From Vulcanimicrobiota bacterium (GTDB lineage Bacteria; Vulcanimicrobiota; Vulcanimicrobiia; Vulcanimicrobiales; Vulcanimicrobiaceae), in NCBI GenBank assembly GCA_963786105.1, contig CAWAXX010000014.1:192001-256000 (forward strand): a stretch of DNA of 64,000 bases, given 5' to 3'. Below are positions 1 to 9,429 of the stretch, in pieces; the first letter of the stretch is position 1; each line of letters starts with the position of its first letter. The translations under genes were made by a program, and so were the position numbers. A model generated the notes under the pieces. The model was not told the origin of the DNA and did no database searches. It saw only the letters and a program-made list of their open reading frames with translations.

Positions 1-1572
1 CCGCGCGATTCGCGCGAGAGTCGTCATCAGGTCCGCGCTACGATCGAAAACCATGACGACGCCCGAGCCGAGCGTTGCATTCGCCGCACGCGCGCTTTCG
101 AACGACAGCGGCATCGAGAGCGCACCGGTTCCGACGAAGCTTCCGGCGGCACCGCCGAGCAGAATCGCTTGGATCGAATCCGGCGAAACCGGGCCGGCCA
201 TTCCGAGCAGCGTTTCGAGGGTCGTGCCGTGAGCGACTTCGTAGAGTCCCGGCCGCTGCACCGCGCCGGAGAGACAAAAGAGGCGCGTGCCCGTCGAATC
301 CGCGGTACCGATTGCAGCGTAGGCAGCGCCGCCGTCGAGGATAATTTGAGGCAGATTGACCAGCGTTTCGACGTTATTCACGAGCGTCGGTTTGCCGAAG
401 AGACCGACGTCGGCCGGGAACGGCGGTTTGCTCCGCGGTTCGCCCCGCTTGCCTTCGATCGAGTTGAAGAGGGCCGTCTCTTCGCCGCAGATATACGCAC
501 CCGCTCCGCGACGGATCTCGACGTCGAACGAAAAACCGCGGCCCATGATGTCGTCGCCGATCAAACCGTGCCGCCGAGCGACGTCGATCGCGTGTGCGAG
601 GCGTTTGGCGGCTAGCGGATACTCGCCGCGTACGTACACGAAGCCGCGTTCGCAACCCGCGGCGAAGGCCGCTATCGTCATCGCTTCGATGACGGCAAAA
701 GGGTCGTACTCCATCAAAATTCGGTCTTTGAAAGTTCCCGGCTCGGATTCGTCCGCATTGCAAACGATGTAATGCGGCCGCGGCGGTGCCTTGGCAACCG
801 ACTGCATTTTTCGACCGCTGGGAAACGCCGCGCCGCCCCGGCCGAGAAGCTTAGACGCGATAACCTCGGCGATGACGTTGTCCGGTCCCACTTCGAACGC
901 GCGCTGCAGCGCGCGGTAACCGTCGTGCGCTCGATACGCGTCCAAGCTCTCGGGATCGACGCGGCCCACCCGCCGCAATAGCCGCAACGGCGAGCCCTCG
1001 ACGTGCGGCCGGACCGGCGGCCGTCGCGCCGCGCCGGCGCCCTCGCCGGAGACGGCGGCAATCACGTCGGCTACGGCGGCGGGCGCGAGTTGCCGTTCGA
1101 CCGGTTCGTCCCCGGCGGCGACGAACAGCGCGGCTGGGGCGCGGTCGCATAAACCCAAACAGGGACTGCGCAGCCACGTCGTGCGTCCGTCGGGCGACGG
1201 CGTTCCCGCCGGTCCGAGTGCCGACTCGAGCGCGCCGCACAGATCGTTGGCTCCAGCGCACGCACACGCGATATCGTCACACACGTGCAAAACCACCGGC
1301 GGTCGCGGTGTGGTGGAAAACATCGCGTAAAAGGTTGCGACACCGTATGCGTCGGCGGGCGGTACCGCCAGGCGCTGACAGGCGTAGTTGAGGGCGCCGC
1401 CGCTGATCCACCCGATGCGCCCGTTGACCGCATGCAGCACCGGCAGTAAAAAATGGCGCCGCTCGCGTGCGTTGGCGCCACCGTTCCAGCCGCCGTCTGG
1501 CTCGCCGAGAACGCGGTCGATTGCGGCTCGCTCGTCTAGCGTCGGGACCGCAGACGTGAAATGCAGATCCAT
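1..1572 (-). CDS. NuoE-NuoF-like fusion, NAD(H)-binding/FMN subunit of an NAD-linked formate dehydrogenase; runs off the window start
   Basis: Absent from the ORF track because no stop lies in the window. Read by hand from ATG 1572: MDLHFTSAVPT...LLPVLHAV...YGVATFYAMF...HVCDDIAC (NuoE-like), then YIVCNADESEPGTFKDR, GAGAYICGEETALFNSIEG and TLGSGVVMV (NuoF motifs). Confidence 0.9.
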   Translation of the reverse strand, partial: MDLHFTSAVPTLDERAAIDRVLGEPDGGWNGGANARERRHFLLPVLHAVNGRIGWISGGALNYACQRLAVPPADAYGVATFYAMFSTTPRPPVVLHVCDDIACACAGANDLCGALESALGPAGTPSPDGRTTWLRSPCLGLCDRAPAALFVAAGDEPVERQLAPAAVADVIAAVSGEGAGAARRPPVRPHVEGSPLRLLRRVGRVDPESLDAYRAHDGYRALQRAFEVGPDNVIAEVIASKLLGRGGAAFPSGRKMQSVAKAPPRPHYIVCNADESEPGTFKDRILMEYDPFAVIEAMTIAAFAAGCERGFVYVRGEYPLAAKRLAHAIDVARRHGLIGDDIMGRGFSFDVEIRRGAGAYICGEETALFNSIEGKRGEPRSKPPFPADVGLFGKPTLVNNVETLVNLPQIILDGGAAYAAIGTADSTGTRLFCLSGAVQRPGLYEVAHGTTLETLLGMAGPVSPDSIQAILLGGAAGSFVGTGALSMPLSFESARAANATLGSGVVMVFDRSADLMTTLARIAR

Positions 1573-1579
1573 GCAGAGG

Positions 1580-3466
1580 TTACAACGGTTCGATACGCAC
1601 GGCCGCCGCCTTGAATTCCGCGGTTCCCGATTTCGGATCGGTGGCGTCGATGGTCAGCAAATTGGTCGCGACGTCGTCGTTGAAGTGCGGGGTCATGAAC
1701 ACCAGTCCGGCGCGCAGACCGTCGTCGACGCGGACCGGCGCCGTGACCGAGCCACGACGCGAGCTCACACGCACGAACTCGCCATCGTGCAATCCGTAGC
1801 GCGCCGCATCGTCCGGCGATATGTCGAGACTCTCGCCGCGACGAAGCGGCGACGTGTAGCCGGCGGTCTGTACGCCCGTGTTGAACGAATCGAGCCGCCG
1901 TCCGGTCGTAAGCCGCAGCGGGAACTCGTCGTCGAGTGCTTCCACCGGCGGATCGTGCTCGACGACCGCGAACGGGGCCCTCGGCCCGCGGATCGGATTT
2001 TCCCAGAGTCGTCCGTGAAGGTAGGTCTCTCCGGGATGGTTCTCGTCGTAACACGGCCATGGAATCCCGCCGAGTTTCTCCAATCGGCCGTAGCTCATGC
2101 CGGCGTGCCACGGCGAGAGCGTCCGGCACTCATTCCAAATTTGTTCCGCGTCGGCGCTGCCCCAGTCGTATCCCAAGCGTCGTGCCAGGTCGTAGACGAT
2201 CGCCGAGTCTTCGCGCGCCTCGCCCGGAGGCTCCAGCGCTTTGCGCACGCGTTGAACGCGCCGCTCGCTACTGGTAACCGTTCCTTCACTTTCGCACCAA
2301 CTCGATGCGGCTGGAAAAACGACGTCGGCCATTTCCCCGGTCTTGGTCAAGAAAATGTCTTGGACGATGAGGCAGCGGAGGCCGCGCAGCAGAGCGTTCG
2401 CTCGGTGCTGATCGGCCTCGGATTGCGCGGGGTTTTCACCGATCACGTACAGCGTGTCGAGTTCCCCGCGTTCCATTGCCTCGAACATTCGCGTGAGATT
2501 CCATCCGGGCTCGCTCGGCAGCGTGGCGTTCCAGGCGCGCTCGAACTTGGCGCGCGATTCCGGGTCGGCGACCGCCTGGCCGCCCGGATACTTATCCGGA
2601 AGCGCCCCCATGTCGCCGCCCCCTTGGACGTTGTTTTGTCCTCGCAGCGGACACACGCCCGAGCCGTATCGTCCGACGTGACCCGTAAGCAGTGCGAGGT
2701 TGATCAGCGCGCGTACGTTATCCACGGCGTTGTGATGTTCGGTGATGCCGAGCGTCCAGCAGAGCTGGGCGCTCGAGGCGCTCGCATACCCATGCGCGAG
2801 TTCGACGATGCGTTCGCGAGGAACCCCGGTCGTTTTCTCGGCGTACTCGAGCGTGTAAGGTTCCACGCATCGCGCGTACGCCTCGAAGCCGCTGGTGGCG
2901 CGCTCGATGAACTCTCGGTTTTCCAGCCCGGCTGCCAAGATTTCGCGGGCCACCGCATTGGCGAGCGCGATGTCGGAGCCGACGTCGAGACCCAGCCAGC
3001 CGTCGGCCCAACGGGCAGAACTGGTTCGGCGTGGATCGACGACGTAGAGCTTTGCGCCGTTGTGAACTCCCCGCAAGACATGGTGAAAAAAGATCGGATG
3101 CGTTTCTCGCGCATTCGAGCCCCACAAAACGACGACGCCGGTCTGCTCAGCTTCTTCGTAGGAGCTGGTGCCGCCGCCCGCCCCAAAGACCGTCGTCAGA
3201 CCGACGACGCTCGGAGCGTGTCACGTTCGGTTGCAGCTATCGATGTTGTTGCTGCCGACGGCGACGCGAGCGAACTTTTGCGCGACGTAGTTTACCTCGT
3301 TGGTCGCCTTCGAGCAGCTGAACATTCCGAACGTGGTCGTGCCGTTGCGTTCGCGCGCGCTGCGTAGTGCGTCTGCGGCGCGATCGAGCGCCTCGTCCCA
3401 CGTCGCCGCCCGCAACGAATCGCCTTCTCGAACGAGCGGATGTGCTAGCCGCCGATAAGCTTTCAT
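1580..3466 (-). CDS. Selenocysteine-containing formate dehydrogenase alpha-type molybdopterin oxidoreductase (UGA at 3221-3223 read as Sec)
   Basis: ORFs 3221..3466 and 1580..3127 are in one frame, separated only by TGA in NNIDSCNRT-U-HAPSV, the FdhF Sec/Cys-His ligand site. LRGQNNVQG motif, C-terminal molybdopterin dinucleotide-binding domain, and a downstream SECIS-like hairpin. Confidence 0.92.
3191..3209 (-). promoter_or_regulatory. Bacterial SECIS element of the FDH gene
   Basis: CGTCGTC-GGTCT-GACGACG perfect 7-bp stem starting 11 nt after the UGA. The GGUCU apex resembles the E. coli fdhF SECIS. Confidence 0.85.
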
Positions 3467-3494
3467 GGGCGGACCTTTTCCGGTAGAAGGGACG

Positions 3495-4226
3495 TTACCT
3501 CGCGCCTTCTGTAGGAGCCGGCACGCGCCGCAGCACCAACGTTAGGATTGCGGCCGCCGCCGCGTACGCGCCGGCGATCGCAAAGAGCGCGGCGTTGCCC
3601 GCCCACCACTCGACCCCGAGGGCTTCCCCGGTCCAAAACGTTCCGAGCGAAGCGAGCATGATGCCGACGAGCGCCTTCATCGCATTTTCCGGTACGCGGG
3701 CAAACGGCTTGTGCAGCGCAACCGCGGCGGCGGTCACCAGGACGAGTGCCGCCAAGGCTCCGCCGTTCGCCCAGGCGAACGCGCGCGCGTTGGCGGCTCC
3801 GAACGTGACCACGATGACCGCGACCTCGAGCCCTTCGACAAAGACGCCCTGAAAGGCGACCGCAAACCCGAGGCGCCGCTCGCCGTCGGCGCGCAACCGG
3901 GCGAGCTCCCGGTCGTAAATTGCCTGCTCGTCGCGCATGCTCATGCGTCCGGCATATCGCCAAACCGCCTTCCGCAGCCAGTAGAGGCCGAAAAGGATCA
4001 AAAAGGGGCCGACTACGAGCTGAATCCTCGCCAGCGAAGCGGCGTTGGTCAGCAACGGCCCGAAAATTACGACGATCGCTCCGAGCGCGACGGTCGCCCA
4101 AACGGTGCCCCAAAGTGCCGCGCGCCATCCCTGCGCGTAGCCGACCGCCAAGACGATGGTCGCCGCCTCGACGAACTCGACCGCCGAAGCCACAAACGTG
4201 GTGGCACCCAGAACCCAACCGTTCAC
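3495..4226 (-). CDS. COG4280-like integral membrane protein (FTR1/GDT1-like duplicated acidic motifs)
   Basis: Multiple hydrophobic segments with two repeats, VEFVEAATIV and VEGLEVAVIV. Confidence 0.7.
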   Translation of the reverse strand: MNGWVLGATTFVASAVEFVEAATIVLAVGYAQGWRAALWGTVWATVALGAIVVIFGPLLTNAASLARIQLVVGPFLILFGLYWLRKAVWRYAGRMSMRDEQAIYDRELARLRADGERRLGFAVAFQGVFVEGLEVAVIVVTFGAANARAFAWANGGALAALVLVTAAAVALHKPFARVPENAMKALVGIMLASLGTFWTGEALGVEWWAGNAALFAIAGAYAAAAAILTLVLRRVPAPTEGAR

Positions 4227-4312
4227 CGCGTCATCCTACCCTGCCGCCGAAGGAAGCGTCCAGCCCGGTAACGCAACTTCGCCAACCCGGGTCAGCAGGG
4301 AAGGAGTCTATC

Positions 4313-5293
4313 GTGGATCTTTCTTCGATGATCGTGTACGCCAGTGGCGAGTTTTGCCGCTACGAAGACGCCAAGGTCGGTTTACTCACCCACGGGCTGC
4401 AATACGGCACGGGGTGTTTCGAAGGGATCCGAGGGTATTGGGTTCCTGAAGAAGACGAACTCTTTCTGGTTCTGCTCCGAGACCACTACGAGCGACTGAT
4501 TACTTCCGCTAAGATCCTCACGATGACGTTACCGAAAAGCACCGACGCGCTTCTCGACGTTACGCTGGAGTTGTGCCGCCGCAATCACTTTCGAAAGGAC
4601 GTGTACATCCGTCCGTTCATGTACAAGGCGGCCGAAGACATCGGCGTCCGCCTGCACGGTGTTCCCGATGCTTTGGCGATCGTGCCGGCGCCGTTCACGG
4701 CGTATCTCGACACCACCCGCGGCCTTCACGTTTGCGTGAGCTCGTGGCGCCGGGCCGACGACACGATGGCTCCACCGCGAGCGAAAATTACCGGCTTGTA
4801 CGTCAACTCCGCACTTGCCAAAAGCGAGGCGGTTCAAAACGGCTACGACGAAGCCATTCTCCTTTCGCACGACGGGCACGTGGCCGAGGGTTCGGCCGAA
4901 AATATTTTCTTGGTACGGCGCGGCGTCTTGTACACGCCGGATCCGTCTCAGAACGTCCTGGAAGGGTGCACGCGCCGGGCGATCATGGACATCGCGCGTG
5001 ACGAATTCGGCTTGCAAATCGTCGAGCGGTCGATCGATCGTGGCGAGCTTTATTGTGCCGAGGAAGTCTTCTTCACTGGAACGGCTGCAGGCATTGCCCA
5101 CGTGGCGTCGATCGACCGGCGCGTGGTGGGAGACGGCCGGGTCGGGCCGATTACCAAGAATCTAGGAGAGTTTTACGATCGCATCGTGACCGGGCGCGAG
5201 CCGCGGTACGAGCACTGGATCACACGGACGTACGCTCCCGCTCGCATGACGGTGCCGTTATCGGCGCCCGCCTCCGCCCCCGCTCCCGCTTAA
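4313..5293 (+). CDS. ilvE: Branched-chain amino acid aminotransferase
   Basis: HGLQYGTGCFEGIRGY, RAKITGLY, EGSAENIF and EEVFFTGTAA motifs. AAGGAG RBS at 4301-4306 before GTG 4313. Confidence 0.92.
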   Translation: MDLSSMIVYASGEFCRYEDAKVGLLTHGLQYGTGCFEGIRGYWVPEEDELFLVLLRDHYERLITSAKILTMTLPKSTDALLDVTLELCRRNHFRKDVYIRPFMYKAAEDIGVRLHGVPDALAIVPAPFTAYLDTTRGLHVCVSSWRRADDTMAPPRAKITGLYVNSALAKSEAVQNGYDEAILLSHDGHVAEGSAENIFLVRRGVLYTPDPSQNVLEGCTRRAIMDIARDEFGLQIVERSIDRGELYCAEEVFFTGTAAGIAHVASIDRRVVGDGRVGPITKNLGEFYDRIVTGREPRYEHWITRTYAPARMTVPLSAPASAPAPA

Positions 5294-6274
5294 CGACGCG
5301 CCGTCGCCGAGACCGGTACTCCAGTACCGAACGTCCGGCGACATGCTCCCGGCCGGCACGCCGAGCGCTAGCGGAAAGCTCAGACCGCTTGCCTGGCGCC
5401 AGCGGGCGAGCCGAACTTCACTGGTATACGCAAGCCGCGAGATCGAGCGGATGAACGCGCGCCCCAAATCCTTCGACGGTAATGAGGTGGTCATGACCGC
5501 GATGACGTAAGGCGCGTCGCTCGCGTAGACGATTCCCGCGTCGTTGAGGGTATCGAAGAACGAACCGGTCTTATGCGCGATCGGAACGTCGTCCGGCAAC
5601 GGCTCGGGCAGCAACGTGTTGTACTGGTTTTGCTCGAGTATCGAGATCATTTCGTTCGAAGACCATTCGTCGATCAGTTGGCGATGCGCCATGAGGGCCA
5701 GCAAGTGCACCAAATCGGCGGGGGAGGTACGAAGTTGCCGGCGGACGTCCCATCCGTCGGTACGGATATCGTGGGCTAGACGAGTATGCTCCAGCCCGAG
5801 CTCGCTCATCGAACGGTTGATGCTCCGGCGCCCGACGAGGCGAATGAGCATATTGGTCGCCGTGTTATCGCTGATATCGATCATCTTCTCGAGCAGCGTC
5901 GAGACCGGATAGGTCGATCCCACCGGTGCGTCGCAGAGCTCCCCCGACCCCGAGTCTTTGTCGGCGGCTCGCAGCGCGACGCGGTGGTCCAGATCGAAGC
6001 GGCCGGTTTGCAGTTGGCGAAATACTTCGACCATCACTGGAATCTTTATCGTCGATGCCGCCGGCATGCTGGCGCTCGCATTGACTCCCATGTGGTAACC
6101 GGTACTGAGATCGAAAACCTCGAGCGCGCTCGGTGCCGGCAATCGGGCTGCGAGTTTTCGGACGTCGCGATTGAGTTGCGCTAAGGGAGCCGGTAGGAAG
6201 GCGGCGGCTCGCCCCGTCGAAGAAACGAAGGCGAGAACGGCAACCGCGACCGCGGTTGCGACGTAGCGCTGCAT
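5258..6274 (-). CDS. Secreted serine hydrolase, class A beta-lactamase-like fold
   Basis: Signal peptide; SxxK (ASTIK), SDN and KTG motifs. Confidence 0.85.
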   Translation of the reverse strand: MQRYVATAVAVAVLAFVSSTGRAAAFLPAPLAQLNRDVRKLAARLPAPSALEVFDLSTGYHMGVNASASMPAASTIKIPVMVEVFRQLQTGRFDLDHRVALRAADKDSGSGELCDAPVGSTYPVSTLLEKMIDISDNTATNMLIRLVGRRSINRSMSELGLEHTRLAHDIRTDGWDVRRQLRTSPADLVHLLALMAHRQLIDEWSSNEMISILEQNQYNTLLPEPLPDDVPIAHKTGSFFDTLNDAGIVYASDAPYVIAVMTTSLPSKDLGRAFIRSISRLAYTSEVRLARWRQASGLSFPLALGVPAGSMSPDVRYWSTGLGDGASLSGSGGGGGRR

Positions 6275-6378
6275 GGAAGCGCGTTTGCGTTGCCTCGCGC
6301 CGGTGTTCCTGCTTGCCGGCTTCAAAGCAGCTCCGGAGTGCTTAGGAGCCAGCCGCTCGCACGGCGAACGCGCAAAGC

Positions 6379-6846
6379 ATGACGACGCACGATCTCCGCA
6401 CGGTTCCACCGCGGCGATGGAACGAGCGAGTGGACGGAATCTATTGGCTGCCGCGCTTGATCGACAAAGCGCGAGCGGCGTTGTCGGGAAGTCTCGGCGA
6501 TTACCTGTTCGGTCAAAGTCCGATGGATCGCGCGCTGCTGCAGAAGCTGGGATTGAGGCATCGTGAATTTGCATCGATCGTGCGCGATGCGGCCGACGAC
6601 GACGGCATACTCGCCGCGATCGCGGCGCGCGATCCCGAAGCGCTGCCGCGGGCGCGCGCGTGGAGTGAAGGGTTGCCGCAGCGTCACCGGCTCTTTCTTT
6701 GGTTCATCGACGTCGACGACGGATATCGTACGACTTGGCTTCGCGCGCCGATCGCCGCAACGGCGAACGCCATTTCGCGCACGGCAAAAAGGCTTTGGCC
6801 GTCGCGAGCCGCGCAACGCTCGGCCGGCAACCCGCCGCCGCAATGA
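6379..6846 (+). CDS. DUF5069-like protein
   Basis: WLPRLIDKARA...LGDYLFGQSPMD pattern. Confidence 0.7.
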   Translation: MTTHDLRTVPPRRWNERVDGIYWLPRLIDKARAALSGSLGDYLFGQSPMDRALLQKLGLRHREFASIVRDAADDDGILAAIAARDPEALPRARAWSEGLPQRHRLFLWFIDVDDGYRTTWLRAPIAATANAISRTAKRLWPSRAAQRSAGNPPPQ

Positions 6847-7949
6847 CGCCGCGGCGCCGGCTCAACCCCTGGGACTGGTTGACCGACAAACGCGTAACGT
6901 TCGCGCTCAAACTCGTAGGGCTGATCGTCCTGTCGTGTTATGCGGCTCGGTTCGCCCTGGGGTTTCTGGCGCAGATTCGTGCCGTCGTCTACATTTTGAT
7001 CGGGACGATCTTCCTCGCGTACCTGATTTACCCGGCGGTGCACCGGTTGCGAAGCCGTATGCCGCTCGCACTGGCGATCGTGCTGGTGTATGCTGCCATC
7101 GGAACGGCGCTCGCCGCGCTCGGATGGTTCGTTATACCGCGCGTGACCGACGACGTCGGAGCTTTTATGGGGCACTATCCCGAGCTGATCACTCGCGTCG
7201 ACAGCTTCATGAACGATCCCAACGATCCGATCATGTCGCGGCTGCCGGACTGGATGCGTGGTGAAATCGCTCGCATTCCGGCCGAGTTTGCGCTGTGGGT
7301 AAAGACGCGGGGGATCGAGAGCGCCGGTCACGTGGTGCTGGTCCTGGCCGGCGGGTTTGCGGCGGTCGCGACCTTCGTCATCGTTCCCCTGATGACGGCG
7401 TACCTGCTGCTCGATCTAGAGAATCTGCAGCGCGGCTTGTCGTCGATCGTTCCGCAGCGACGCTGGCGTGCGACGCTATCGTTCTTGAAGGACGTGGACG
7501 CGGTAGTCGGAGGATTCATTCGAGGGCAGTTGTTGGTGGCGCTATCGGTCGGCGTGTTGATCACCATCGCGTTGCTCGTCCTGCACGTGCGATACGCGTT
7601 CTTCCTCGGACTCATCGCGACCGTCGGCGACCTCGTGCCGTACGTCGGTGCGGTACTTGCGTTTCTCCCCGCCTTTACCATCGCGTGGGTCAATAACGGG
7701 TTCGTCAACGCGTTGCTGGTGTTGGCGGCATTCGTGGTGATCTTTGAAGCCGAAGGACACCTGCTCGCCCCGAGCATCGTGAGCAAAACGGTTCGTCTGA
7801 GTCCGTTCGTCGTGCTTCTCGCCTTGTTGATCGGCGGCGAACTCGGCGGCATTTTCGGGTTGCTGGTCGCCATCCCGATAGCCGGTATCCTGCGGGTCGC
7901 CGCGGTGCGGGTCTTTCGACTGGGACTCCCGAACCAGCCGACACCGTGA
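6843..7949 (+). CDS. AI-2E (PerM) family transporter
   Basis: Multi-TM protein with GFIRGQL, VPYVG and GGELGGIFGLLVAIP motifs. ATGA overlap with the upstream gene. Confidence 0.88.
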   Translation: MTPRRRLNPWDWLTDKRVTFALKLVGLIVLSCYAARFALGFLAQIRAVVYILIGTIFLAYLIYPAVHRLRSRMPLALAIVLVYAAIGTALAALGWFVIPRVTDDVGAFMGHYPELITRVDSFMNDPNDPIMSRLPDWMRGEIARIPAEFALWVKTRGIESAGHVVLVLAGGFAAVATFVIVPLMTAYLLLDLENLQRGLSSIVPQRRWRATLSFLKDVDAVVGGFIRGQLLVALSVGVLITIALLVLHVRYAFFLGLIATVGDLVPYVGAVLAFLPAFTIAWVNNGFVNALLVLAAFVVIFEAEGHLLAPSIVSKTVRLSPFVVLLALLIGGELGGIFGLLVAIPIAGILRVAAVRVFRLGLPNQPTP

Positions 7950-8833
7950 CCCAAACACTCGCAGAGCCCCGCAGGGTCGACGTCGTCGGCGTGCCGATGG
8001 ACTTGGGCGCTAGCCGGCGCGGGGTCGACATGGGACCTTCGGCGGTTCGCTACGCACGGCTTCACGACAAACTCGAGCGGCTCGGAATCGAAACGATCGT
8101 CGACCACGGAAACTTATCGGTGCCGATTCGCGAGGCGGCGTCCGCCGACGATTCGACCGCAAAGTATCTCGGCGTGATTCAAAAGGTCTGCGACCAACTC
8201 GCCGCGGTCGTCGAACGGGCCGTGCGCGACGGTGGAATTCCCGTCGTACTCGGCGGCGATCACTCGATTGCGATGGGAACGCTCGCCGGTCTCAAGCGCG
8301 CCTACGAAAAAGCGCCTGGCCTCGTGTGGATCGACGCGCACGCCGATATCAACAACCCGGAGAGTTCGACGACCGGAAACGTTCACGGAATGCCCTTGTG
8401 GTTTGCTTTGAAAAACGGCTTTGCCGAGCGAGGTCGAACCGTTCAGATCGGATTGCGCGACGTCGACCCGGGTGAGAAGCGTCTCTTGCGCGAGCTCGGC
8501 GTGAAGGCGTTCTCGATGAGCGATGTCGATAAGTTCGGGATCGCACGCATCATGGAAGAGGCGCTCGCGCTCGCTGCAAGCGCAGGAAGCCCGATTCACG
8601 TATCGTTCGACATGGATGGGATCGATCCGAGCGAAGCTCCCGGTACGGGTACGCCGGTCAAAGGGGGGCTGAGCTATCGCGAAGCCCATCTCATCATGGA
8701 AATGCTGCACGACGGCGGAAGCCTCGGCTCGATCGAAATGGTCGAGATCAACCCGATCCTCGATCAGCGCAATCAAACTGCAATCCTCGCCGTCGATCTG
8801 ATCTGTTCGGGCCTGGGTAAATCGATTCTGTAG
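7946..8833 (+). CDS. rocF: Arginase
   Basis: GGDHSIA, WIDAHADIN, GNVHGMP, SFDMDGIDP and EINP motifs. Confidence 0.92.
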   Translation: MTQTLAEPRRVDVVGVPMDLGASRRGVDMGPSAVRYARLHDKLERLGIETIVDHGNLSVPIREAASADDSTAKYLGVIQKVCDQLAAVVERAVRDGGIPVVLGGDHSIAMGTLAGLKRAYEKAPGLVWIDAHADINNPESSTTGNVHGMPLWFALKNGFAERGRTVQIGLRDVDPGEKRLLRELGVKAFSMSDVDKFGIARIMEEALALAASAGSPIHVSFDMDGIDPSEAPGTGTPVKGGLSYREAHLIMEMLHDGGSLGSIEMVEINPILDQRNQTAILAVDLICSGLGKSIL

Positions 8834-8835
8834 GA

Positions 8836-9429
8836 CTGCTCACCGTTTCGTTCGTTCGGGCGCTTGGCCTCACGCGCGCGGGCTCGATGCGCGCGCTGGC
8901 ACAGTTCGTGAGCGAGACCTTTCCGGACGTGCTGGCGCTCAGCGAAGTCGACGCCGGCGATGCCTTGGCAATAGCCACCCGATTCGATCGTCAATGGGCG
9001 TATCGGGGCGGTCAGGCGGTATTGTGGAACCGGCGCTTCGCCGTCGCGAAAGTGCACGATTTGTACCTGCCCACGGCTCCGCTGCAGCCTTTCGAACGGC
9101 GCGGCCTTCTGCGCGTCGACGGATCGTGCGACGGCGTGGAAGCGAGTCTGTTTGCGACGCGATTTGCGCCGGATCGCGCGAGCGTTCGCGACTTGCGGTT
9201 CACGCGCTCGGCGATCCGTGCCGCCCGCTCGCGACGCGTTCTGCTCTTCCTCACCGATCCGCCCTCAACCGGAAGCGCGGCCTTCCGCGATCTCGAACTT
9301 CAAGCGGCCGCGAACGGCGACTGGGCGGATCTCACCTTAGCCGTGCGCGGCTTTACGGTGGAATCGTTCACTGCGGGTACGGCGAGAAACGGCATCGGCG
9401 CCCAAGCCGTCGCGCGCGTCAGAGCTTGA
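8836..9429 (+). CDS. Short, degenerate endonuclease/exonuclease/phosphatase (EEP)-like protein
   Basis: PDVLALSEVD resembles the EEP metal-binding motif. Start is either ATG 8887 or the in-frame CTG 8836 just after the arginase stop. Confidence 0.55.
   Translation: MLTVSFVRALGLTRAGSMRALAQFVSETFPDVLALSEVDAGDALAIATRFDRQWAYRGGQAVLWNRRFAVAKVHDLYLPTAPLQPFERRGLLRVDGSCDGVEASLFATRFAPDRASVRDLRFTRSAIRAARSRRVLLFLTDPPSTGSAAFRDLELQAAANGDWADLTLAVRGFTVESFTAGTARNGIGAQAVARVRA

Noticed and set aside
1388..3367. 659-aa + strand ORF and the many other long antisense or alternate-frame ORFs in the track
   Set aside because: Shadows of real genes in high-GC DNA: Arg/Ala-rich, no motifs, and fully overlapping well-supported CDSs.
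4240..4300. SRP RNA or glycine-riboswitch-like GCCGAAGGAAGC
   Set aside because: The surrounding conserved elements (TCAGG...GCAGC; CTCTCAGG) are absent and the space is too short.
5258..6274. Bona fide class A beta-lactamase resistance gene
   Set aside because: The fold motifs are present, but I see no clear omega-loop ExxLN motif, so only a serine hydrolase call is supported.
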